Shown in pieces: positions 10,851 through 19,322 of a stretch of DNA of 64,000 nucleotides. The notes beneath the pieces were generated by a model. That model was not told the DNA's origin. It ran no database searches and saw only the letters and a program-made list of their open reading frames with translations. Within the stretch, counting starts at the first letter, position 1. Each line of letters begins with the position of its first letter. The position numbers and the translations under genes are program-made. This stretch comes from an uncultured Thermoplasmatales archaeon (GTDB lineage: Archaea > Thermoplasmatota > Penumbrarchaeia > Penumbrarchaeales > Penumbrarchaeaceae), in assembly GCA_963807965.1 (NCBI GenBank), contig CAWEDU010000009.1:35577-99576 (forward strand). The letters are read 5' to 3'.

Positions 10851-11768
10851 CTACTCACCTCCTTTTGAATCCCCTTCCTTCAATTCTTTGGATGGTTCGT
10901 CTTTAAGTTCCTGAGGAGCCTTTTCTGGATCAGGTGTAGGTTCAGATTCGGTATCGTCCTCATCCTGTTCCTTTCTCCTCTCCTCTCTTTTGGCCTTTCT
11001 ACGAGAGGTGGATTTATTCTTTTTCTCCTCATCTTTGTCCTCGGAATCTGTTTCTGAAACAGCTTCAACCTCTTCTGGAGGTGTGGGGGTCTCTTCCTCA
11101 TCTGTTTCAGATACTTCTTTTGGATCCTCGGTAGGTTCATCCAACTTGATCTCCGCTACCTCTCTGAGCTCTGGGAGATCATGGATCGTCACCTCATCAG
11201 GAAGAACGGAATCACTTCTCATGATATCCACGGATACACCGATAAGACCCAACTTCTTCTTAGCAATTGCATATCCTCGGTCCATGGTTGTAATTGCGGG
11301 TTCTCCGCAGAATTTGATGTGGCCCCACTTGAACTTCTCAGTCCTGTGCCTCTGGCCAGTTAATTTTCCGCAGAGTTTGACCTGACAACCCTTTACATCA
11401 GTATCCATTATCCTTCTGAGAGTAGAATGTCCTGCTCTTCTGAAATGCCATCCCCTTTCTAGGGCCAAGGCAAGCTTCTGGGCCATGATCTGTGGATTCT
11501 TGGCACTATTCCGGCATTCTTGAACCTCGATCTGGGGATTATCGAAACCATACTTCTCAGAAACAGTTCTCGTCAATTCCTTGATCTTGGCACCTTTCCT
11601 TCCAATTACCATGCCGGGTCTTTCAACTATTAGGGTCACTCTGGTTCCCATGGGGGTTCTCTGGATGTCAATACCACCGAAACCTGCCATCTCAGTTTCC
11701 CCCTTGAAATATTCCTTAAGAAGGACTCGTCTGATATTTTCATTGATGAACTTCCTCTCACTGGCCAT
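10851..11768 (-). CDS. rps3: 30S ribosomal protein uS3 with an acidic C-terminal tail of about 100 aa
   Basis: KH motif RPGMVIGRKG, LERGWHFRRAG, GKLTG.R; likely start ATG 11768. Confidence 0.96.
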   Translation of the reverse strand: MASERKFINENIRRVLLKEYFKGETEMAGFGGIDIQRTPMGTRVTLIVERPGMVIGRKGAKIKELTRTVSEKYGFDNPQIEVQECRNSAKNPQIMAQKLALALERGWHFRRAGHSTLRRIMDTDVKGCQVKLCGKLTGQRHRTEKFKWGHIKFCGEPAITTMDRGYAIAKKKLGLIGVSVDIMRSDSVLPDEVTIHDLPELREVAEIKLDEPTEDPKEVSETDEEETPTPPEEVEAVSETDSEDKDEEKKNKSTSRRKAKREERRKEQDEDDTESEPTPDPEKAPQELKDEPSKELKEGDSKGGE

Positions 11769-12222
11769 CTTCTCCCTCCTTTTCTTCAAGAATGACCTCG
11801 ATGTTCACAGTATAGGTATCCCAATCAGTCGCCCTACCATGTGCTCTCGGCATCCATCCCCTGAAAACCCTGCCTCTATTGGCTGCAATATGGGAAATCT
11901 TCAGCTGATCTGTATTGAGGCCGCTGTATTCTGCATTGGACTCACAGTCCTCAAGGAGCTTCAAAATCTTGGATGCTGCCTTCTGAGGATACCTCCCTGG
12001 ACCGAAACCAGTACCCTTCCTGTGTGACACACATTGTTTATATCTTTTAAAAGGAACAGCCCTTTTCAATGAGATCACTTCCTCAAGGTAGGTTTTTGCC
12101 TTCCTTAGCTCCATGCCTCTTATCTCCCTGCAGATCTCAACAGAATGCTTGGGAGAGATGTTCACCTCCAGAGCCTGGGCCCTTGCAGAGGTTTCTGGAT
12201 CTGAATCTTTAGAATATCTCAT
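11758..12222 (-). CDS. rpl22: 50S ribosomal protein uL22
   Basis: ISPKHSVEIC, GRYP.KA, NAEY.GL, PRA.GRA. Confidence 0.96.
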   Translation of the reverse strand: MRYSKDSDPETSARAQALEVNISPKHSVEICREIRGMELRKAKTYLEEVISLKRAVPFKRYKQCVSHRKGTGFGPGRYPQKAASKILKLLEDCESNAEYSGLNTDQLKISHIAANRGRVFRGWMPRAHGRATDWDTYTVNIEVILEEKEGEDGQ

Positions 12223-12230
12223 GTAATCCC

Positions 12231-12686
12231 TCACTTAAGTGGCATGTACTTGGACGACCTTGTAGCACCGACGCCCACACCAGTGTGTTTAGTGGTTTTC
12301 CTTGTTGGAGCGAACTCACCTATCTTGTGGCCCACCATCTCAATTGTGACAGGAACTTCCACGAAGGCCTTCCCATCATGGATTGATAATGTCTTTGAGA
12401 TCATGGATGGAAGGATGACCATCTCTCTGGTGTGTGTCTTTATCACACCATCTCCCCGATCAAGATGCCTGAAGAACCTAGGATTCTTGTCAACCACACC
12501 TCTTGTGATCGTTCTTCTAGCTCGAGCTGGAAGGAGCTCAATGAACTCATCGAGACTCATCGCCTGGATATCCTCTAGGCTCTTACCCCTATAGAGGAAC
12601 TCCTTCTTCTTCTTGGCCGCTATCCTGCCCTTCAGCTTCCTTGATTTCCTTCTTGCCGCTTTTGGGGTTGTTTTGCCTTTAGCCAT
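12231..12686 (-). CDS. rps19: 30S ribosomal protein uS19
   Basis: F.YRG, KTH.R.MVILP, EMVGH.IGEF..TR, ATRSS.Y.PLK. Confidence 0.96.
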   Translation of the reverse strand: MAKGKTTPKAARRKSRKLKGRIAAKKKKEFLYRGKSLEDIQAMSLDEFIELLPARARRTITRGVVDKNPRFFRHLDRGDGVIKTHTREMVILPSMISKTLSIHDGKAFVEVPVTIEMVGHKIGEFAPTRKTTKHTGVGVGATRSSKYMPLK

Positions 12687-12690
12687 TTAA

Positions 12691-13410
12691 TCAGGCCCCC
12701 TTTTTCTTCTTATTATTCTTCTTTTTCTTGGGGCTCATTCTGCCCACCTTCCGACCTGGAGGAGCATTTCTTGATACGGTGCTAGGTACACCAACATGTT
12801 GATGGCCTCCACCTCCATGAGGATGGTTCACGGGGCTCATAGCCACACCGGAAACCACTGGATAAACCCTTGCTTTGGCACTGAGTGAGTGTACCTTATT
12901 TCCTGCTTTGGCAAAAGGAAGGTCGGGTCTACCTCCACCTCCCACCATTCCGATTATGGCCCTGCACTCACCTGGTAAGTTTTTAAAACTGCCTGAAGGA
13001 AGTTGGACAGTAACGGCCTTTCCTCTGGAAACGATAATTGCTGATGAACCTCCGGCCCTTACGAATTTACCCCCATCAAGAGGTCTAGCCTCAATATGGT
13101 AGATCGGAGTTCCCTCAGGAATCTCCTTCAAAGGTAGGATATTCCCTATGCGAATAGGTGCATTGTCACCCATCAATACCTCTTGACCAACTCTCAAACC
13201 TTCCGGAGCAAGCATGAATCTAACCCTGCCATCGTTCCAAAGCATCTTTGCCATGGGTGCGGTATGACCGGGATCATGAACGAAGTCCACTACTCTACCT
13301 CTCCCGGACTTCAATTTTGGAAGAACGGCTGGGGTAAGGTGCTTGTGGCTGGGGGACCGATATACGGTTGTTCCCTTTCCTCTTCTCCTGCTAATAATTC
13401 TCTTTCCCAT
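12691..13410 (-). CDS. rpl2: 50S ribosomal protein uL2
   Basis: MGKRI..RRRG, HDPG..AP, GVAM..V.HPHGGG.HQH, PPGRKVG. Confidence 0.97.
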   Translation of the reverse strand: MGKRIISRRRGKGTTVYRSPSHKHLTPAVLPKLKSGRGRVVDFVHDPGHTAPMAKMLWNDGRVRFMLAPEGLRVGQEVLMGDNAPIRIGNILPLKEIPEGTPIYHIEARPLDGGKFVRAGGSSAIIVSRGKAVTVQLPSGSFKNLPGECRAIIGMVGGGGRPDLPFAKAGNKVHSLSAKARVYPVVSGVAMSPVNHPHGGGGHQHVGVPSTVSRNAPPGRKVGRMSPKKKKNNKKKKGA

Positions 13411-13420
13411 AAGCATCCCC

Positions 13421-13687
13421 TCAGAATATTCCAATCCTCATTCCCACATCATCGGCTTTGTATTCCTTGGAAAGCTTGATTATCGCCTGCTTTCCGAACC
13501 TTGTATGTTTAACGTTCACCCTGTCCACCTTAACCTCGAATAGCTCTTCGAAAGCAGCCTTGATATCGATCTTTGTGGCTCCTTCTTTCACTATGAACAT
13601 GAGGGAGTTGTGGGCCTCCATCAGGTTAAGTGTCTTCTCTGTAACATAAGGGTGTAGAAGTATTGTATGAGGCATATTCTCAATCAT
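13421..13687 (-). CDS. rpl23: 50S ribosomal protein uL23
   Basis: P.VTEK, N.L.F.V...ATK..IK...E.LF.VKV. Confidence 0.94.
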   Translation of the reverse strand: MIENMPHTILLHPYVTEKTLNLMEAHNSLMFIVKEGATKIDIKAAFEELFEVKVDRVNVKHTRFGKQAIIKLSKEYKADDVGMRIGIF

Positions 13688-14502
13688 TAATTCTCACCTC
13701 CGAGGCTGCTTATTGCCTTCTTTGTGAAAACAACGAGTCTTCCCGGATCCCCTCCGGGAGCCAGGAGCTCAGTATTGATCTGAGAAGGTGTACTGGTATT
13801 GACACCCGGTAGGTTCCTTGCTCCAATAAGGACTGCAGAACCCTCACTTGCAACGAAAAGAATGGAACGAGGTTGTCTGAACCTTCTTCCTCTCATCTTA
13901 CCACGACCGGCCCTGATATGCTTGCCATCATGAGACCTTTTGATATCCTCATCGATCCCAAGGGACCTGAGGACTTCCATTATATCTCTTGTCCGATCCA
14001 TGGTCTCGAGCTTGTCATCAATTATAATGGGAAGTGTGATACCTTCCTTGAACTTGTGTCCCCTGGCCCTTACTTTTCCCTCGTCTGAGGTCGCTGCAAG
14101 AGCTGAGGCTTTTGCAAACCTCTTCTCCTTGAGATTTATCTTTTTCTCAAATGAGTGTTCTGGTCTGGGAGGGTGAGCTCTTCGTCCACCGACATTGTTT
14201 GGAGATTCTGCACCTTTTCTACCTTGAGTAAGTCTCTGGACCCTTGCTACTCCCCTTCCTTTACCCCATGTTGAAGTGGCATGCCTCATCCCTGCTTCCC
14301 TGGATGGACCATATCTCTGCCTTTTATTGGCCTGTGCGGAGACAACAGCCCTCCTGATCAGATCAGGTCTAAAGGGTGTAGTGAAGACCCGGGGAAGGTC
14401 GAAACTACCCTTAACTTTCCCATCCAGTCCGTAGATATTGACCGATCCTGCGGTTGGAACCTTCTTCGGCGCAGATGCCCTTTTTTTCTTGCTTTCTACC
14501 AT
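13687..14502 (-). CDS. rpl4: 50S ribosomal protein uL4
   Basis: RPDLIRRAV, WG.GRG.AR, GGRRAHPP, RAGRGK.RGRR, LAPGG..GRL. Confidence 0.97.
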   Translation of the reverse strand: MVESKKKRASAPKKVPTAGSVNIYGLDGKVKGSFDLPRVFTTPFRPDLIRRAVVSAQANKRQRYGPSREAGMRHATSTWGKGRGVARVQRLTQGRKGAESPNNVGGRRAHPPRPEHSFEKKINLKEKRFAKASALAATSDEGKVRARGHKFKEGITLPIIIDDKLETMDRTRDIMEVLRSLGIDEDIKRSHDGKHIRAGRGKMRGRRFRQPRSILFVASEGSAVLIGARNLPGVNTSTPSQINTELLAPGGDPGRLVVFTKKAISSLGGEN

Positions 14503-14512
14503 CTGGATCGCC

Positions 14513-15512
14513 TCACTTACCCTGTTTAGAAGCTGTGCTAACGTATGTGATCTCAGGGGATGATATCTTCACTCCCTTCATTCTGACTGGATCTCTGAAC
14601 CGTATCAATCTTTTTGTCACACCTGGAATTGAGCCGTGTATGAGAACATAATGATTCGTGATATTACCATAATGGATGAATCCGCCTTTTGGATTGATCT
14701 CAGAGGGATCCTTTCCAACCTTGAGTATTCTTTTATTGAACTCTGTTCTCTTATGATATCCCATCTGACCTGAATTGGGAACCGTGGACATGATCCAGGA
14801 TGGATTCCATGGTCCTTGAGTACCCTAGCATCCTCCTGTGTTTTGAGTTCTTATGTGTCAATAGCTTGACACCGAACCTTTTGTTCAAACCCTGGAATCC
14901 CTTTCCTTTCGTCACCGATATTATGTCCACCATGGCCCCTTCCACCTGGAACTCGTTAAAATCAACATCCTTTCCAAGAAGGCCTTTGGCATACTCTATC
15001 CTCTCTTTGATGGATCCTCCCCCGATCCTCATCTCCATGATCTCAGGAGATTTCTTGGGGATAGAAGGGACATTATATGGTTTGGAATGCATTATGACCC
15101 TTATCTCATCCACATCTTCTTCAACCAGTGAAGAAAGGTCAGGTTTTGAACCCTTTTCTGGGATCGGTATCGACCTTAGAAGTTCCTTATCCAGATTCTC
15201 AGCCCAGACCTCCTTCTTCGTGTTCATCCCGTAAACATTATCCTCGTAGAGCCTGATACCCACCACCTTCATGGGTGGGACCTCTACAACTGTTACGGGA
15301 ACCATTACTTCCTGTCCTGAAGTGGTCGATGTCGGCCTGTAATCCATAATAAAGGCGTGGGTCATACCAGCCTTGTATCCTGCGAAGCCCTGTATTTTTG
15401 GTTCGGAGCTACCAACCTCTGGCCAGTGCTTGACTATAGGGGTCTCCCTTTTGGCCCTTTTCCTAGGTGAATGGGCCATTGAACCTCTTCTTGGCTTGTG
15501 TGCTTTACCCAT
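14513..15512 (-). CDS. rpl3: 50S ribosomal protein uL3 (frameshift near 14824)
   Basis: PRRGS...PRKRA, GYKAGMTH, TKGKGFQG; removing one G restores MLGTQGPWNPSWIMSTVP.SGQMGYH.RTE. Confidence 0.96.
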
Positions 15513-15742
15513 CTCATTCCTCCGATATTTCGGTTACTATCGGAACTAAACCTCCATGCATGGTTAGCACAAGGTCACGCTCCTGCGCCTATCCGACCGT
15601 TACGTCGTTCCCGGAGACAACAAATATCCCCCAGAGGGGAAGGTCTCTCCGTTACAGGGTCCCGTGAAGGTTGCCCTTAACGTTTGGCCGGAGGGCTTCT
15701 TTGCGCTTTGGCGTCCGGCCATAAAGGAAGTAATATATATAA
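15513..15742 (-). promoter_or_regulatory. Putative promoter and structured 5' leader of the rpl3 operon
   Basis: TATA-like TTATATATATTA (15742-15731), about 200 nt of GC-rich inverted repeats, and GGAGG (15523-15519) just upstream of the ATG. Confidence 0.5.
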
Positions 15743-15809
15743 TTACCTGAAATTCAAATAAATACTGACTCGAAAAAATTCCTGATCAATCTGATTTTCC
15801 AGCAATAGC

Positions 15810-16046
15810 TCATGGTTTCCCAATAGACCCAACCATTTCATTTAGGTCCTTCATCAATGAATCGACATCCATTCCATGTGCAGATGCACCCTGTTCGATT
15901 GATTCAAAATTTGCCATTGCACAACCAATACAACCGAGTCCATGCTGGATAAAAACGGGAATGAGCTCTGGATACTTCTGTATCACATCCGAGATTCCCA
16001 TATCCTTTGTTATCATTTCCGTCATGGGTATCACTAAAAGCGCCAT
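15810..16046 (-). CDS. DUF1858 / hybrid-cluster-associated redox disulfide domain protein
   Basis: ITKDM.I.DV..KYPE...VF...G.GC.GC..A..E.IE.GA..HG.D pattern. Confidence 0.85.
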   Translation of the reverse strand: MALLVIPMTEMITKDMGISDVIQKYPELIPVFIQHGLGCIGCAMANFESIEQGASAHGMDVDSLMKDLNEMVGSIGKP

Positions 16047-16134
16047 GAAGCTATCGGATATAAAACTTGACCCCTAAAGGTATGATAAAGGTTAATACGG
16101 TCCATCCATTCTCGGTTAAGAAGGAGATCGGTCC

Positions 16135-17874
16135 ATGCCCGTAATAAACCTGGACACTGAGGACCTAGGAAGACTTGTTGGGAAAGGTTTCGACCTTGAC
16201 AGTTTTAAAAATAACATTCCAATGATAGGTGCCACAGTGGAGAAGGATGAAGGAGGAGAGGTCTCAGTAGAATTCTTCCCAGATAGACCTGATCTTTTCT
16301 CAGTTGAGGGTGTTGCTAGAGCTTATGGTAAATTTATTGGGTCGAATCTTAAGGATCTTACCTCGATCTACGGGATCAATGGGAGCTCTGGTATGAAGGT
16401 AGTGGTTGATCCCGCCCTTTCTGGAATCAGACCAGTCATCGGAGCTGCTGTCATAAGAGGAGTGAATATTGATGACAAGGCCTTGATATCCATAATGAAC
16501 CTCCAAGAGAAACTTCACATCACTTTAGGTAGGAAAAGGAGGAAGGTAGCGATCGGTATACATGATGCAGCTCCACTCAAACCACCCTTCAAATACTGGG
16601 CTGCTGATCCAAAAGAAATTCGATTCGTTCCACTTCAAAAGGAAGAGGATTGGAACCTTGAAAGGATCCTCAATGAACATGAGAAAGGTAAAGGCTACTC
16701 ATGGATCCTGAAAGATAAACTGAAATATCCTGTTATCACTGATTCAAAGGAACAGGTCCTTTCTTTCCCTCCAATAATCAATGGTGAACTTACCAAAGTA
16801 ACTGAGAGCACAAGGGATATCTTTGTTGATTGTACGGGTTGGGACCTGAATGCAGTCAATCTAGCGGTTAACATAGTATGTTCCCAACTAGTGGATAGGG
16901 GGGGAAGGATTGAAGATGTCAGGATCGAATATCCAGAATCGGAATCTTTCAAGGATCTGGATTTGAGCACTGGCAAATGGCCAAAATACCAATGGATAGA
17001 ATCCATAGCAAGCTTGGAATGGACAAAAAATTGGTTGGGCAAAGACCTCTCATCAAATGATATCATCAGATCCCTTGATCGTATGGGGTATGGAAACGTT
17101 GAAGTTAAGAGAGGTGAGATCAAGTGTCTGGTTCCTCCATGGAGAGGTGATATACTTCATCAAGCGGACCTGGTGGAGGATATTGCAATAGGATTCGGTT
17201 TCAATTCTTTCGAGGGTATTGGGTCTACTCATTCCACCATGGGATCTGAACGAAGAATGACTATGATATGCAGATACATAAGACAAACTCTGATCGGGCA
17301 TGGATTCCTGGAGGTCAAGACCATATCCCTCTCCAACGAGAAATCCCAATTCACCCTCATGGGAAGGGATGAGCAGGACCATCTCAAACTTCTGAATCCC
17401 ATCACCATAGATCACACCATGGTAAGGATGTCCACATTGCCATCGTTGATGGCCCTTCTCAGGGTAAATAAGCATAGAGACCTTCCTCAGAAACTCTTTG
17501 AAACAGCTGACGTAATGATCGGTAACAGGACCAGGAATGTTCTTGGTGGTGTAAGTGAGGACAACAAAGCTTCATTTACCGAGGTTAAAGGTCATGTTCA
17601 AAGGATCTTGCAGGACCTGGGTATCTCCTATATCTTGGAACCAGTGAACCTTGGTTATTATATTAAAGGAAGATCCGCTGCAATAATGGTGGATATCCCT
17701 CAGGGTGAAGGTAGAAATGTCGGTCTTTTTCCTGAGTTAGAAGGGATGAAGCTGATCCCCTTTGGGCATTTCGGAGAGGTCCACCCAAGGATCATCACTG
17801 AAAACGAACTTGCGACTTCCGTATCTGCTTTTGAGTTGGACCTGGACCTTATTCTTGATCTTACCGAGATCTGA
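16135..17874 (+). CDS. pheT: Phenylalanine-tRNA ligase beta subunit (archaeal type)
   Basis: [23 protein letters not shown]...[40 protein letters not shown]. Confidence 0.96.
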   Translation: MPVINLDTEDLGRLVGKGFDLDSFKNNIPMIGATVEKDEGGEVSVEFFPDRPDLFSVEGVARAYGKFIGSNLKDLTSIYGINGSSGMKVVVDPALSGIRPVIGAAVIRGVNIDDKALISIMNLQEKLHITLGRKRRKVAIGIHDAAPLKPPFKYWAADPKEIRFVPLQKEEDWNLERILNEHEKGKGYSWILKDKLKYPVITDSKEQVLSFPPIINGELTKVTESTRDIFVDCTGWDLNAVNLAVNIVCSQLVDRGGRIEDVRIEYPESESFKDLDLSTGKWPKYQWIESIASLEWTKNWLGKDLSSNDIIRSLDRMGYGNVEVKRGEIKCLVPPWRGDILHQADLVEDIAIGFGFNSFEGIGSTHSTMGSERRMTMICRYIRQTLIGHGFLEVKTISLSNEKSQFTLMGRDEQDHLKLLNPITIDHTMVRMSTLPSLMALLRVNKHRDLPQKLFETADVMIGNRTRNVLGGVSEDNKASFTEVKGHVQRILQDLGISYILEPVNLGYYIKGRSAAIMVDIPQGEGRNVGLFPELEGMKLIPFGHFGEVHPRIITENELATSVSAFELDLDLILDLTEI

Positions 17875-18153
17875 ATATCTTCAAAAGGGTTCAAATAGGA
17901 GAGGACCATAGGAACCTTGCGAACGGTGTATAGACCCTGAGGGATCAATTTACTTCTACTTTGTAATCCACATCAATCTTTCGCCGTTCGTTATTTCTTT
18001 CATACCTTGATAAATAACATTAAAAAATGGATGGGACCCTAATTGTTACTTTTACTCTCAATAAGTCAATGTTGAATACCCTAAATATCAGGATTAAGGA
18101 GGATATCTTAGCTAGTTTTCTTGAATATCTAGAAGAGTGATCTCTTTATTCGT

Positions 18154-18933
18154 TTATTTCATTCTTCCAACTGGAGCAAGATAGATCGTGAATTCATCAT
18201 TTCCATCAACCTCGATAAGGGAATCAATAGCTTCTTGATCGTATGCACCAATCGCACATGTACCACATCCGATACCCTCAGAGGCGAGGTAAAGATTCTG
18301 ACAGACATGCCCGATATCGATTGCTATTACCTTGTGAGCAGCAGGTCCATACCTCCATTCCATCCGATATGGTATAGCCGTCCAGATGAAAACCACTGAT
18401 CCGGTTCCGATGAAAGACTGATCAAAGCTCGCTTTCGCCACCTTGATCGAGATATCACTCTCCTTCCTGATCATAAGAAGTGAATGTTCCAAGGGAAGGT
18501 ACCTATACAGCCCCTCTTCCAAACCAGTCACCTTTCTGACAATTATGTAGGTTTCAAATGAATGCCTCGCACCAGCAGATGGAGAGGTTCGAAAGAACGG
18601 TTCTTTTGGACTCTTCATACCCTGTGTGGCCCATAATAGGAAGGAAAGTTCTTCCAAGGAAAGCGATTCATCTTCAAATGATCTCCTGCTTCTTCTTCTT
18701 CCAAGGACCTCCCCAAGTCCCGCTCGACAAATATTGGACCAGTCATCAGGAAATGGAAGACTGAAGATCTCATTACCCTCCTCAACAGGTTTTTGGATCA
18801 TTGGAGGTGGACTACCGATGTTCTGATCAGCTCTTGAGAAATCAAATTCCTTTCTTATCGTATCTTTAAGAAAGAACCGACATTTATTCCTCTCCTTTTC
18901 CTCCTCTTCTGTGCCTGGCCACTTATTATTCAT
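18154..18933 (-). CDS. SagB/ThcOx-family nitroreductase-like flavoprotein
   Basis: RRSRR.F, LS.LLWA.QG, R.SPSAGA, D.GH..QN.YL......G.C.IGA. Confidence 0.88.
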   Translation of the reverse strand: MNNKWPGTEEEEKERNKCRFFLKDTIRKEFDFSRADQNIGSPPPMIQKPVEEGNEIFSLPFPDDWSNICRAGLGEVLGRRRSRRSFEDESLSLEELSFLLWATQGMKSPKEPFFRTSPSAGARHSFETYIIVRKVTGLEEGLYRYLPLEHSLLMIRKESDISIKVAKASFDQSFIGTGSVVFIWTAIPYRMEWRYGPAAHKVIAIDIGHVCQNLYLASEGIGCGTCAIGAYDQEAIDSLIEVDGNDEFTIYLAPVGRMK

Positions 18934-19108
18934 GGATAACACCTCTTATCGGAAATGAGGTAAGGGTCTCTTGACCATATTATGCCTTTTGAATTTAAAA
19001 ATTAATCAAGAATCATTATCCGGATTTATTATGATAAATGAAATGACCCCGACATATTATGGGAAAGGTTAAGAACCGACATCCTGATTATCACAGGAGG
19101 TATGATAA

Positions 19109-19296
19109 ATGAGCGGAGCAGATGTGATAGAAAAGGTCGGTGTATCAACAGATAGCTATTCTGATGCGATAAAGAAGGTCCTAAAGGATGTGGGGGGGAG
19201 CAAAGGGTCAATTGGTTCCAGGTAATGGAACAAAGAGGACGAGTCTCCAACGATGGAGAGATAGAGTTCCAGGTGATAGTAAAGATGGGCGTTTAA
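19109..19296 (+). CDS. Dodecin (flavin-binding), frameshifted in a G7 run; absent from the ORF track
   Basis: GGAGG upstream of ATG 19109; MSGADVIEKVGVSTDSYSDAIKKVL, then after +1 G at 19192-19198 EQRVNWFQVMEQRGRVSNDGEIEFQVIVKMGV*, matching the dodecin WF.V...RG......(Y/F)QV..K.G pattern. Confidence 0.8.
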
Positions 19297-19322
19297 AGAT
19301 CGATCATCTATTGTTTTTCACT

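Noticed and set aside
2945..15512. Programmed frameshifting or pseudogenisation of rpl15, rpl30, rps5 and rpl3
   Set aside because: There is no common slippery motif, and identical-looking indels occur throughout unrelated genes. Sequencing error is the simpler explanation.
15540..15721. SRP RNA or RNase P RNA (minus strand has an Alu-like CCCTGTAAC between two hairpins)
   Set aside because: I found no SRP helix-8 motif or RNase P P4 consensus, and the space before the rpl3 start is too short for an RNA of about 300 nt.
18154..18933. RiPP (azole peptide) biosynthetic cluster around the SagB-like gene
   Set aside because: No YcaO, E1-like or precursor peptide gene is nearby, and stand-alone members of this family are common.
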